A stretch of DNA of 64,000 nucleotides from an uncultured Chloroflexia bacterium (GTDB lineage Bacteria > Chloroflexota > Anaerolineae > CG2-30-64-16). This document shows positions 19,390 to 31,115 of the stretch, piece by piece (position 1 is the first letter of the stretch; each line of letters opens with the position of its first letter). The stretch is from assembly GCA_963810095.1 (NCBI GenBank), contig CAWEMM010000009.1, forward strand, positions 160,001-224,000, written 5' to 3'. The translations under genes were made by a program, and so were the position numbers. The notes under the pieces were generated by a model. That model ran no database searches. It was given only the letters and a program-made list of their open reading frames with translations, and was not told where the DNA came from.

Positions 19390-20658
19390 TCAGGCTAGGG
19401 GTAGTTTCGAAGTCAGCGCGTCCGTTACGTCCTGTCCGGCCGCATGAATGGCCGGGGGCCGCAGCGCGGGTTCCTTCATCCGGCTCACCAGCAGCAGGCT
19501 TACGAGCAGCAGCGCGGCGGAGAGCAGCAGCGCGGGCGTAAACCCACCGCTGCCGCTCTTCATCGCCTCCATAACATACACGAAGATCACCGACGCTTGC
19601 CCGAATAGCTGAATCAGCCCGTTTGAGGTTCCTTCCGGCGTCGGGAAAGTGATCTCGGCCGCGTACTGCATTCCGATGGGGCTCGTACTGACGAGGAAGA
19701 AGCCGAGCACAAACGCCGAGACGACCATGACCGGGAAGGCGCCGGCGAACGCAAGTCCGATCAGCCCCGGAATCGCGCCCGCGAACCCGACCGCCATGTA
19801 GCGCCGGCGGCGGTGCTGCCTGTCAGAAAACGGCGGAATGACGACCGCACCGATGATGCCGCCGACAAGCATGGCCGCGCCGAGCGTTCCTGCATCCGTC
19901 GGCGTGAAGCCCCGCGGCCTGACGATCCCCTCGATCCAGGTGGTCACGCCGTTGAAGATGCCCATGCCGATAAACGAAATGAGCAGGTATAGCCAGAACG
20001 AGCCGACGGAGAAGGCGTGCCTGTACCCGTCGAGGATCAGGGCGCGCACCTCCAACCCGGCAGGGGCAGGCGGCGTCGGCGGGCGCTCACGCGCGAAGAC
20101 GAGGAACGAGACGGCCGAGATGGCGGCCATGAAGCCGTACGCCAGTTGAACGCCGGAGATGGGGATTTTTTCGATCAGGAGCGGCGTGAGGACCATGCCC
20201 AATGCCGTCCCGACGAGGTTCGCCAGCGTCACGAGCCCGACGGCGGTGGCCCGTTCTTCGTTCGGGAACCACTGGGCGGGCATCTTTGTCCACGCGTTGA
20301 GCAGGAACGGCTGGGACGCCGCGATTCCGACGGTGGCCGCCAGCGCCAGCGCATAGTTCGCCCCCGCCAGGCCGCGCGCGATGCCGAACGCGGCCATCAT
20401 AAGCGCGCCGGTGCTCACCGCCACCCGGAAGCCGTACTTGTCGATGACCCAACTCACGGGGATGGATAAGGGGATGAAGGCGACCATAAACGACATGGCG
20501 AAGAGCCCGATTTGAAGGTCGCTGACGCCGTAATAGTGTGCGGCCGGACCCGTGATCGGCGCGTAGGAAATCCAGAGCGTCTGGATCGTCAGGTTGACGG
20601 CCATGAAGACCGCCAGGACGACCCAGCGGTAGCGATAGAGCGTGAACGGTTGGGGCAT
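19390..20658 (-). CDS. MFS transporter (FLVCR-like)
   Basis: 12-TM pattern with YRYRW.VL, WFP.EERATA and AAEITFP.PEG.SNG. Confidence 0.9.
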   Translation of the reverse strand: MPQPFTLYRYRWVVLAVFMAVNLTIQTLWISYAPITGPAAHYYGVSDLQIGLFAMSFMVAFIPLSIPVSWVIDKYGFRVAVSTGALMMAAFGIARGLAGANYALALAATVGIAASQPFLLNAWTKMPAQWFPNEERATAVGLVTLANLVGTALGMVLTPLLIEKIPISGVQLAYGFMAAISAVSFLVFARERPPTPPAPAGLEVRALILDGYRHAFSVGSFWLYLLISFIGMGIFNGVTTWIEGIVRPRGFTPTDAGTLGAAMLVGGIIGAVVIPPFSDRQHRRRRYMAVGFAGAIPGLIGLAFAGAFPVMVVSAFVLGFFLVSTSPIGMQYAAEITFPTPEGTSNGLIQLFGQASVIFVYVMEAMKSGSGGFTPALLLSAALLLVSLLLVSRMKEPALRPPAIHAAGQDVTDALTSKLPLA

Positions 20659-20825
20659 ACCGCGTCTCCAGACTTGGCCTATGCGATGGGGTGGAGGCAG
20701 GCTTCCATCTTACCACCGGCCTGCACTTGACCCTACATCAGACGATGAGATAATTCGCTCATGTCCGCTAACACGCCCCGCGTGCGCACCGACTCGCGGA
20801 TATGTACCTTATTGGAGGCGACTTG

Positions 20826-21719
20826 ATGACGAACTACCACGCAACCGATGGCAGCGGCCGCGCGCCGAGGATGGAAGTCTTCCAGGCGACCTGGGCCTTG
20901 CGCGACCTTCCCGGCGGTGCGGACCCGTTCGACCTGCGGGAGGCCTTGGCCTTGGCCCGCGGCGACGGCTTCGCCGGCGTGATGCACTGGGTCGAGAGCG
21001 AAGCGGATTTCGCGGCAGTCGACGCTATCCAGCAGGCCGGTATGCTCGCCGGCGTGGGGTTCCCGGTGCGTGACATGACGACCGCGGCGGCGGTGGCCCG
21101 CGGAGCGTGTGACAGGGGCGTGGCGTTTCTGAACGCGCAGGTTTACGATGCCTTCACGCCCGACGCGGAAGCCATCGGCAAGCTGGAAGCGCTGTACGAG
21201 CTGTGCGACCGCTTAGGGGTGCCCCTGTTCATCGAAACCCACCGGGGCATGATCACGCAGGACCTCCTGCGCACCGTCGAGTACGCCCGCCGGGTCCCGC
21301 GCATCCAGTTTACACTGGACGCCTCCCACTACGTCCTGGCCGGAGAGATCAGGCAGCCCGACCAAGCCCCTGCGTTCAACGCCGCGCTGTCCGAGATCAT
21401 CGCGGCCAGCGCGTCCCTGCACGCGCGCGTGTCGAACGGCGAGCAGGTGCAGGTCGACGTGGGTGACGGCGCCGGCCCGCTGGTACGCGACTACATCGGA
21501 TGGTGGAAGGCTGCTTATCGACACTGGCTCGACCGGGCGGGGCAAGGTGATTTCTTCCCGTTCGTCTGCGAGCTCGGTCCGCGCCCTTACGCCATCATCG
21601 CGCCGGCCGGAACCGCGCTGCCGGCGGGTGTCGAGCTATCGGACCGCCGAAGCCAGGCATTGGTCCTTAAGCGGATCGCAGAGGATATCCGGCGCGAAGT
21701 CGACCTCAGCCGCGCATGA
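20826..21719 (+). CDS. Sugar phosphate isomerase/epimerase (xylose isomerase-like TIM barrel)
   Basis: FIETHRG, TLDASH, HARVSNGEQVQ and ELGPRPY. GGAGG RBS. Confidence 0.8.
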   Translation: MTNYHATDGSGRAPRMEVFQATWALRDLPGGADPFDLREALALARGDGFAGVMHWVESEADFAAVDAIQQAGMLAGVGFPVRDMTTAAAVARGACDRGVAFLNAQVYDAFTPDAEAIGKLEALYELCDRLGVPLFIETHRGMITQDLLRTVEYARRVPRIQFTLDASHYVLAGEIRQPDQAPAFNAALSEIIAASASLHARVSNGEQVQVDVGDGAGPLVRDYIGWWKAAYRHWLDRAGQGDFFPFVCELGPRPYAIIAPAGTALPAGVELSDRRSQALVLKRIAEDIRREVDLSRA

Positions 21720-21721
21720 AG

Positions 21722-21766
21722 GGCTGCGTGTCTGCGTGCCAGCTCTCGGCGCGCAGACACGCAGCC
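21722..21766. terminator. Hairpin between convergent genes
   Basis: GGCTGCGTGTCTGCG...CGCAGACACGCAGCC. Confidence 0.55.
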
Positions 21767-21772
21767 ACACAG

Positions 21773-22069
21773 CTATCCGCCGGCAATCGAGCCAATGATC
21801 CAAAACGGCTCATCGCCCGACGCCACCTGCTCGGGCAGCGGCGTATCGGGCGGTTGAAGCGATAGGTCCTTCTTGCACGCGAAGAAACGCATCAGGGGCC
21901 GGCGCTCCTTCGTGACGTGGTCGCGGATCGTCCCCTTCAGCACCGGGTACGCTGCCTCGAGCGCGTCGAGCACCGACCTCTGTGTCACAGCGCCCTGCAC
22001 GTCGAGCTCGACCTCGCGGCCGGTGTTGGCAATCAGCCGCAGCGGCTGAGGCAAAATCACTCGGATCAT
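21773..22069 (-). CDS. MoaD/ThiS family ubiquitin-like protein
   Basis: MIRVILP..LR, LEAAYP.L.GTIRD and a C-terminal IAGG-stop di-glycine. Confidence 0.85.
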   Translation of the reverse strand: MIRVILPQPLRLIANTGREVELDVQGAVTQRSVLDALEAAYPVLKGTIRDHVTKERRPLMRFFACKKDLSLQPPDTPLPEQVASGDEPFWIIGSIAGG

Positions 22070-22082
22070 GTAGCGAGCCCTT

Positions 22083-23198
22083 TTACTGGATCGTCTGCAC
22101 CTCGACGGACAGCACCGACGGCAGCGTCTCCGCAATGGCGCTCCACGTCTCGCCGCCGTCCGGCGATGCGAAAACCTGTCCGCCGGTCGTCCCGAAGTAG
22201 ATGCCGCACTCGTCCAGGTCGTCGACCGCCATCGACTCGCGCAGCACGTTGACGTAACAGTCCTCCTGGGGCAGTCCTTTCGTCAACGCCTCCCACTCGT
22301 TGCCCCCGGTCTTGCTACGGTAGACCCGCAGCTTCCCTTCGGGCGGGTAATGCTCGCCGTCGCTCTTGATGGGGACCACGTAGACTGTCTCCGGTTCGTG
22401 TGTGTGGACGGCGATCGGGAAGCCGAAGTCGCTCGGCAGGTTGCCGCTGATCTCGTACCACCTGCCGCCCGCGTCGTCCGTGCGCATCACATCCCAGTGC
22501 TTCTGCATGAAGAGCGTGTCGGGCCGGGCCGGATGCATAGCGATGCGGTGGACGCAGTGGCCCGTCTCGGCCTCCTGGTCGGGCAGGAACTCGGATCGAA
22601 GGCCCTGGTTAATCGGCAGCCAGGACTGGCCGCCGTCGTCGGTTCGGAACGCGCCCGCAGCCGAGATGGCGATATACATGCGCTTGGGGTCGGTGGGGTG
22701 CAGCAAGATCGTGTGCAGGCCAAGGCCGCCTGCGCCCGGATGCCACGTGCTCGCCGAAGGATGCTGGCGCAGCGCGGCGAGCTCGTGCCAGCTCTTGCCG
22801 CCGTCCGTAGTCTTGAACATGGCCGCGTCTTCCACGCCCGCAAAGACCGTATCCGGATCCGTCAATGACGGCTCGAGATGCCAGACGCGCAGAAATCCCC
22901 ACGGGTGCGGCGTGTCGTCGTACCACAGATGTGTGCCCGGCTCGCCCTCGTATGTGAACTCATTGCCGACCGGTTCCCAGGTCTTGCCGCCGTCGTTCGA
23001 CCGCTGCATCATTTGCCCGAACCAACCCATGGATTGGGCCGCGTAGATGCGGTTGGGATCGACGGGCGACCCCTTCATGTGGTAGACCTCCCAGCCGCCG
23101 AACAGCGGGCCCTCGATCTCCCAGGTCCGCCGCGTGCCGTCCGACGTCAAAACAAACCCGCCCTTGTGCGTTCCTACCAAAACACGTACACCGGTCAT
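22083..23198 (-). CDS. BNR/Asp-box beta-propeller (sialidase-like), no signal peptide
   Basis: Repeated S/T-x-D-G-G-x-T/S-W boxes; VLVGTHKG start; [10 protein letters not shown]. Confidence 0.9.
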   Translation of the reverse strand: MTGVRVLVGTHKGGFVLTSDGTRRTWEIEGPLFGGWEVYHMKGSPVDPNRIYAAQSMGWFGQMMQRSNDGGKTWEPVGNEFTYEGEPGTHLWYDDTPHPWGFLRVWHLEPSLTDPDTVFAGVEDAAMFKTTDGGKSWHELAALRQHPSASTWHPGAGGLGLHTILLHPTDPKRMYIAISAAGAFRTDDGGQSWLPINQGLRSEFLPDQEAETGHCVHRIAMHPARPDTLFMQKHWDVMRTDDAGGRWYEISGNLPSDFGFPIAVHTHEPETVYVVPIKSDGEHYPPEGKLRVYRSKTGGNEWEALTKGLPQEDCYVNVLRESMAVDDLDECGIYFGTTGGQVFASPDGGETWSAIAETLPSVLSVEVQTIQ

Positions 23199-23309
23199 CA
23201 CGAACTCCTTCTCTGATCGTCTGCCGCAATCTGCGGCGCTCTCCGGCAAAGGCGACGATCGGCCCCTGAGGCAGATCGTCGCATGGATGTAACTCGCGGC
23301 GAAGGCCGG

Positions 23310-23668
23310 TTACAATGGCGCGCATTCCTTAATCGGGCGCACCTCGATGCAGCCAAGCCGCAGCGGCGGGATCTTCGCCGCAACCCGGATCGCATCGTTC
23401 GAGATCACGAGCTTCGATCAGAAAGAATCCGCCCAGCTGCTCTTTGGTCTCGGCGAACGGTCCGTCGGTCACGGCGAGCTTGCCGTTGCGCATGCGGATT
23501 GTCGTCGCCGTCTCCGTCGGTTGGAGCGCTTCGGAGGCGAGGAACTGGCCGCTGTCCGTTCAGCTCCTCGCCGTACGCCACGGCCTCGCCCGCAATGCGG
23601 AGGTAATCCGCCTCGGGCAAGGCCGCGGCCTGCGCCTCATCGTAGTAGATCAGGCAGAGGTATTTCAT
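23310..23668 (-). CDS. YCII-related (DGPF) protein; frameshifted
   Basis: MKYLCLIY start. [19 protein letters not shown] and IEVRP are readable in shifted frames. Confidence 0.8.
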
Positions 23669-23670
23669 CG

Positions 23671-24575
23671 CTAGCGGCGCTGTTGCTGCGCCACTTGCTG
23701 CGCGCTGCCGCTCTTCCTGCTCCCGAACCTCCGGCGTGTACTCGGGGCCGAAATCTTCTTCGCTCGCAACCTGCCGGATGCGCAGCTCGACGTCGCCGTT
23801 CTTCCTTCGGCCACCGCTTCGACAACTCGACGATTTCGTCCAGCGACTTCGCCTGAAACACGCTGAACCCTGCGACCAGTTCCTTCGATTCCGTGAACGG
23901 GCCATCGATCACGCTGATCTTGCCGTTCGAGTAGCGCACCTTGGCGCCCTTCGAGCTGGGCTGCAGCCCTTCGCCCGAGAGCAGCATGCCCTTCTCGATC
24001 GCCTCGCCCGTGTAGGCGCCCATCGCGGCCAACATGTTCCTCGGTCGGCAGGACGCCCGCCTCGGTCTGCGCATCGGCCATTACGAACCCCATAAACTGC
24101 TTGAGGCCCTTCTGCGGCTGTACGCTGGGCGCCGCACGCTCGGCCGCCTCGGCCTCGCCGCCAGCCCGACTCGTTCTCGTTGACCGGGAAGTCTTCCAGG
24201 TCGAACAACTGCCGCACTTCGATCTCGCCGGTTCCGTCCGCCGAGCCTGCCTGCGGACCCGCGACCTGCTCGACCGTCCGGAAGCAGCGCTTGGCCCACT
24301 CCACCGCCTCGTCGAGCGAATTGGCCTGGATGATCCAGTACCCGCCGATCACTTCCTTGGCCTCGGCAAAGGGGCCGTCGGTCACCGTGGCCTTGCCGTT
24401 CTGGATCCGGATCTTCGCGCCCTTCGAGCTCGGGCAGGAGGCCCGCGGCATCGAGGAGGGAGCCGGAATCGATCAATGCCTGGTTGTACTGCCCCATCGC
24501 CTCGAAAAGCTTCGTATCGGGCATCGCGCCCGCCTCGGCCCGCTCGTCGTTCTTGATCATCATCATGAAACGCAT
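23671..24575 (-). CDS. Tandem two-domain YCII-related (DGPF) protein; frameshifted
   Basis: MRFMMMIK...PSSKGAKI...TDGPFAEAKEVIGGYW...EIEVRQ, then a second GLQPSSKGAKV...IDGPFTESKELVAGF...ELRIRQ. Confidence 0.8.
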
Positions 24576-24614
24576 CTTATCACCTCACGTTTTTATTAGT
24601 CTGGCACTTCAATA

Positions 24615-24641
24615 GTCGTTGGACACGGCCCCAAATCGACA
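24615..24641 (-). promoter_or_regulatory. ECF42-type promoter (TGTCGA-N17-CGAC)
   Basis: Minus strand reads TGTCGA-tttggggccgtgtccaa-CGAC, 40 bp upstream of the YCII start. It matches the ECF42 consensus (-35 TGTCGA, -10 CGWC) as I recall it. Confidence 0.7.
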
Positions 24642-24658
24642 AACTGGCCGGCGAGTTT

Positions 24659-25960
24659 TCAAAACTCGTCGATGGAGACGCACCCTTGCAGCTCCGTCAG
24701 CCGTCGTCGCAGGTAGCGCTGCTCTGCGTCCTGCTGCGTCAGCGCCAGCGCCCGCTCGTAGGATGCCTGGGCCTCTGCGACCCTGCCCAACCGCCGGCAC
24801 AGGTCGGCCCGCGCGGCGTGGGCCAGGTGATACTTCGCCAGTCCGCCGTCCTCCAGGATTTCGTCCACGAGCACGAGGCCCGCCTCGGGCCCCTGGGCCA
24901 TCGCGACGGCCACGGCCCGGTTCAGCGCGACGACCGGCGACGGCGCAAGTTCGGCCAGGCGATCGTACAAGCCGCACGATCTCGGTCCCAATCGGTGCCC
25001 GCCGGGCTGTCGGCCTGGTCGTGCGTCGCGGCGATTGCGGCCTGCAACGTGTAGTGGTCGTACCGGCCGGAAGCGCAGCGCCGCGCGCGCACCAGCCCGA
25101 CGCCCTCGACGATCTGGTCCCGGTTCCACAGCGACCGGTCCTGCTCCTCCAGCGTCACCAGGTCGCCTGCCGGCGAGGTCCGCGCGGCCGCCGCGCGTCC
25201 TGCAGCAGCATCAGCGCCAGCAGCCCCGCCACCTCCGGCTCGGGCAGCAGGCCGAGCAGCAGCCGGCGCCAGCCGGATCGCTTCGGCCGAGAGATCGGTC
25301 CGGGTGAGCGCCGTGCCCGAGGATGCCAGGTAGCCCTCGTTATACACCAGGTAGATCACCTGCAGCACGGCATCCAGTCGATCGGGCAGTTCGTCTGGCT
25401 CGGGCACCTGGAAGGGAATGCCCGCATCGCGTATTTTCGCCTTTGCGCGCACGATGCGCTGGGCGACCGTCGGCGCGCCGGTCAGGAAGGCCCGGGCGAT
25501 CTCCTCGGTCGTCAACCCGCACACCTCCCGCAGCGTGAGCGCTACCCGGGCGTCCTGAGGCAGGGCAGGATGGCAGCACATGAAGATCAGCCGCAGCTGG
25601 TCGTCCTCGACGCCCTCGCTCCGCCGAGCGTCCGATCGGGGCTGCCCGCTGCCTGCCGCGCGCCTCGAGCCGCTCCGCCAGGTCGTCGAGCGGCGTGTCG
25701 CTGCGCGACCTGCGGCGGAGCGCGTCGATGGCCTTGAAGCGGCCGGTCGACACCAACCAGGCGCGCGGGTTGGCGGGCGTCCCTCCTGGGGCCACTGCCG
25801 GGCGGCCGCGGCAAAGGCATCCTGCAGCGCATCCTCCGCCAGGTCGAAATCGCCGAGCAAGCGGATCGAGCGTCGCGAGAATCCGGCCCGCTTCCGCCCG
25901 GTACAGGCGATCGAGCTCGCCAGAGATTTCTGTCGCATAACGCGTCGCAACGGGTTTCAT
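24659..25960 (-). CDS. ECF sigma factor, ECF42 group (C-terminal TPR/DUF6596 extension); several frameshifts
   Basis: LLGDFDLAEDALQDAF, DDQLRLIFMCCHPAL, GLTTEEIARAFL, LEEQDRSLW, LQAAIAA.H and PSPVVALNRAVA. Confidence 0.9.
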
Positions 25961-26044
25961 TAGCACTATTGTACCATATTGGTGTCAAGAATGAGAAGTT
26001 CTCGTAAACACGAATTGGAGGCGCGGCCGGCGGCCGCGCACACT

Positions 26045-26161
26045 TTAGCGCCGGCGGCGCACGAAGAGGTTGGCCAGCAGCGTCAACGCCGCGCTGGCAA
26101 GCAGCGAGATCAGGATGCCCCAGGGCGTGCAGCCTAAACCAAGGATGATCAACTCGTCCAC
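26045..26161 (-). CDS. Putative 38-aa single-TM small protein (MDELIILGLGCTPWGILISLLASAALTLLANLFVRRRR)
   Basis: GGAG upstream of GTG at 26161; hydrophobic helix followed by a poly-Arg C-terminus. Confidence 0.45.
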   Translation of the reverse strand: MDELIILGLGCTPWGILISLLASAALTLLANLFVRRRR

Positions 26162-26468
26162 ACTCCGTTCGACACATACTCCCCTCGCGGGACGCACCAC
26201 AGCGGCGCTCGGCCCACCCGGGCCTTGTACCATAACCAACGCTGCGGCCGCTGTCGGTAGTCCCGAACACCACGCCGAGAAGATTCAGCTTTGTGTGGAC
26301 GATGCTTTCGGGGGGTCGTGCGCGCCAAGGACTGCGAGCGATGGGGCCTGGAGCGCTTCGAGGCTCTCGAGCGAGGTGAGTTTCCGGCTTGGGGCTCCGA
26401 GCGGGCTAAGGGGTGATGCGAGGGCGGAACGGCAGAGGTATCTGTTCCCTTACGCCGGGCCCCACGCG

Positions 26469-26511
26469 CCGGCCTCCCGGGCCTCGCTGCTTGCGAAACC
26501 CGGGAGGCCGG
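26469..26511 (-). terminator. Hairpin downstream of the fasciclin gene
   Basis: CCGGCCTCCCGGG...CCCGGGAGGCCGG. Confidence 0.5.
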
Positions 26512-26536
26512 ATCAGACCAGGTGTAGGGGCAGGTG

Positions 26537-27666
26537 TTACTTGTTGCGCGATCACGAACTTGGTGACGTACTCGTCGTAGTTGCCGTCGCTGCGCACGAC
26601 ACGGAGGCGCAGGGCGTGCTCGCCGTTGGGCAATCCGGCCGTGTTCAGTTTGTAGCTAACGTTGCCGGCGTCCTCGCCCAGGGCCAGGAAGATCGCCGCA
26701 TTCGCGTCGCCACCGGGCAGCAGGTCGAGCTGCCACTTGCTGAAGTTCGGGTCATTAGCATGCCCATGATCTCTACGGTTCCGGAGACGGACGCACCGTC
26801 TTTCGGGGCGGTGAGGCCGTTGCTCTTAGCGGCTGCGGCCGCCGGCAGCCGCGGCGGGGGCAGGATGACCGAGTCGATGACGTGGATCACACCGTTCGAG
26901 GCCATGATGTCGGTGGCGACGATGTTTGCGCCGTTGATCATCGGCTTGCCGTCCATGATCGTGAAGGTGACGGGCGAGCCCTGCAGCGTCTTGGCGGTCA
27001 GGCCGTCCTTCACAGCCGCGGCCTTGACCTCGCCGGAAAGGACGTGGTACAGCAGGATGTTGGACAGTGCCTTCGGGTCCTTGAGCAGGCCCTCGACGGT
27101 GCCGGCGGGGAGCTTGGCAAATGCCTCGTCGGTCGGAGCGAAGACGGTGAAGGGGCCCTTGCCCTGGAGAGCGCTCACGAGACCGGCGGCCTGAACGGCT
27201 GCAACGAGGGTCTTGAACTGGCCGGCGCCAATCGCGGTGGCGACGATGTCTTTACCGGCCGCCGGCTTTGCCGGCAGGCAGAGCGCTGCTGTTCGCAATG
27301 GTAAACTTGTTCACGTACTCGTCGTAGTTGCTGTCGGTGCGCACGACACGGAGCCGCAGGGCATGCTCGCCCTCGGGCAGGCCGACGGTGTTGAGCGAGT
27401 AGCTGAAGTCGCCGGGCTTCTCGCCCAGGGCCAGGAAGATCGCCGCATTCGCGTTGCCGCCGGGCAGCAGGTCCAGCTGCCACTTGCTGAAGTTCGGATC
27501 GCTGGCGTAGCCGGTCACATCCACAGTGCCCTTAACGCTCGCTCCGTCTTTCGGGGTGGTAATCCCATTGGCCATTTGTGCACCCGCCGCGAGGGGCAGG
27601 CTCATGAGCAGGATCGCGACGATCGCGAACATCGATAATCTTCGACCCGAACCGCTTGAACGACAT
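26537..27666 (-). CDS. Secreted fasciclin (FAS1) protein flanked by two near-identical ~95-aa domains; frameshifted
   Basis: Signal peptide; FAS1 motifs [19 protein letters not shown] and [24 protein letters not shown]...[15 protein letters not shown]...[17 protein letters not shown] occurs twice. Confidence 0.85.
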
Positions 27667-27722
27667 TGAGGAACTCCTTCTTCTTCTGGTTGAACGCCCG
27701 TTGCTTTGGCGCTGTTCGTTAT

Positions 27723-27750
27723 TGACAAACATATGTATAAGGTATGTACA
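27723..27750 (-). promoter_or_regulatory. Three 11-bp-phased TnnACA-like direct repeats (CarH/LitR-like operator candidate)
   Basis: Minus strand reads TGTACA-tacct-TATACA-tatgt-TTGTCA upstream of the fasciclin gene; the third repeat is imperfect. Confidence 0.4.
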
Positions 27751-27920
27751 GGGTTTCTTCTGTAGTCTACCTCCCCATTGCACCCATCACGGCCTGAGTT
27801 CCGCGTCGCAGCCGTGTTTTGAGCGCACGCGGGTGTGCAGACAGGTGGTATAATCAAGGCAGGTGCGAGCGGTCACTCGGTTAGCAGGTCTCGTAGAGTC
27901 GCCACGATGGGGAGGCTGAT

Positions 27921-28244
27921 ATGAGAAGCACGTTCTTCACCGAGTTGGGAGAAAACGTCCGGGCGTTCTTGAGGGCGCCGTTTGAGCAGCTGCCGCCGCA
28001 ATATGGCGACACCGTTCCCCCCGAGCTCCGGGTGTTTGAGGCGCAGGCTGAGGAGGCCTTCGAGCATCCCGCGAGATGGGCGAGGCGCCCCACGCACATG
28101 ATGCGAGCAGCAAACCCGTCAAGGTCGGCAGCGGCCCAAGGCCTTTGGCATCCGAGTAGCCGCGGGCGAGGTCTACCACGCGGCAGGGTTACAAAGAGTC
28201 GACAACCCCTCTTTGTGACGCTGCGCGTCCCGGTGCTTTTGTAG
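27921..28244 (+). CDS. Hypothetical small protein; C-terminal half doubtful
   Basis: GGGAGG RBS and an extended -10 TGGTATAAT at 27846-27854. The first ~55 aa are protein-like. Confidence 0.45.
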   Translation: MRSTFFTELGENVRAFLRAPFEQLPPQYGDTVPPELRVFEAQAEEAFEHPARWARRPTHMMRAANPSRSAAAQGLWHPSSRGRGLPRGRVTKSRQPLFVTLRVPVLL

Positions 28245-28272
28245 CTAAACTGATCGCAATAGGGTTGCGCAT

Positions 28273-28295
28273 GTAGGGCGAGCTTTAGCTCGCCC
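28273..28295 (+). repeat. GTAG-type REP-like palindrome
   Basis: GTAG followed by GGCGAGCT-TT-AGCTCGCC. Confidence 0.5.
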
Positions 28296-28636
28296 GTGCT
28301 TAGCTGAAGGACTGGTTGGCGGGGGCGCTGTGGCCAGCCGGCCCTCGACCAGGGGCTGCGTCCCTTAGGCATCACCCCACAAGGTCACGCTGTGGGCACA
28401 GGTTGCCCGGTTAAGTCACAGACGGGGGATGAAACTGCTGGACGGCAGGCACCATCCTTCGACTTCCTCCGCCTGGCGTGCGCTGCGATCATTGCTATGC
28501 CCTTCGCTGCCAGGGATCCAACCGTGTAAGCGCACGCAGGCATCCTGTGCGGAGCGTTGCCTTTGCGGTCAGGGGCGATGCAGTCGAAGCGGACGCCGGG
28601 ACATGCGGCGGCCAGCTTTCTCCTTGGTTGCACTTA

Positions 28637-28746
28637 GACATCTATCCGAAAAGGGTTCTGGCCGGTCTCGTACACCTAGCTTGGCCGGCGCCCCGGCAGA
28701 CGGGGCACGGTCAGAGACCGGCCCCAGCTAATTCTCGGATAGATAC
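28637..28746 (+). mobile_element. MITE-like element family A, copy 3 (110 bp)
   Basis: GACATCTATCCG...CGGATAGATAC flanked by TTA and TTA. The right TTA is the stop codon of the GH13 gene. Confidence 0.75.
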
Positions 28747-30457
<1,711 letters not shown>

Positions 30458-30576
30458 CTACGAATTTCACGATCAGCACGAATTATACGAGTGATCGACC
30501 TGAGCCGAAAAGTGGGCCGATGCGGAGGGCTGGATATCGTGGACGAAGGCAGGCGCGCAGGCCGGCGCGAAAATAA

Positions 30577-30644
30577 GAATCCATCCGAAGAATCGCTGGG
30601 GCACGGTCTCTGACCGTGCCCCAGCTAATTCTCGGGGGGTGAAC
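30577..30644. mobile_element. Shortened, degenerate family A copy
   Basis: TAA-GAATCCATCCG, perfect hairpin GGGGCACGGTC-tct-GACCGTGCCCC, then AGCTAATTCTCGG. Ends at the TTA stop of the next gene. Confidence 0.6.
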
Positions 30645-31115
30645 TTACTCGGAAGGCGACCCGGCCGGCGCGAAGGACAGACGGCCCAGGTGCAGGTAAT
30701 AGTGGACGCTGGCCTGGAGCAGGGCCGCGCCGATCCCGGCGTAGAGGACGGCCAGGTAGGGACGTGGTATCCCCGAATGGCGCAGGAGCATGCCGCCGCT
30801 CATCATGACCACGATGATCAGCCAGCCCTTCCACGCCTGGAACGCGAACGCGCAAGCCCGCTCGTCGTATGCCATGATGCGGTCGATGTTCTTCTTGGCG
30901 AGTTTTGAGAAGCCGAAGAGGTTGATCACGACGGAGATCGCGAGGCCAAGGAAGCCGAGTGCCAGGGCGATCTTGGTCGCCGGGTGGGTCACCCAGTTCC
31001 AGGCATAACTGCACAGCAGGATGCCGACCGCGCTCCACATGAGGCCGGCCAGCGCCAGCAGCCAGTTGCGGGGCACCACGGGATTAAAGCGCGCGACAAA
31101 AGTGCGCCAGTTCAT
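30645..31115 (-). CDS. Conserved-type 4-TM hypothetical membrane protein
   Basis: LLALAGLMWSAVG.LL, KNIDRI, C.FAFQAWK and YAGIGAALL. Confidence 0.7.
   Translation of the reverse strand: MNWRTFVARFNPVVPRNWLLALAGLMWSAVGILLCSYAWNWVTHPATKIALALGFLGLAISVVINLFGFSKLAKKNIDRIMAYDERACAFAFQAWKGWLIIVVMMSGGMLLRHSGIPRPYLAVLYAGIGAALLQASVHYYLHLGRLSFAPAGSPSE

Noticed and set aside
21773-22069. Molybdopterin or thiamine biosynthesis operon
   Set aside because: No moaA/moaE/moeB or thiG/thiF nearby, so it is treated as an orphan ubiquitin-like protein.
26540-27570. Duplicated segment as a DGR template/variable repeat or an assembly duplication
   Set aside because: Both copies are coding, differences are not adenine-specific and many are synonymous, and there is no reverse transcriptase. 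It is an internal domain duplication.
28170-28636. tRNA, tmRNA, RNase P, SRP or a known riboswitch
   Set aside because: I could not identify diagnostic conserved motifs by eye, so it is kept only as an unassigned structured region.
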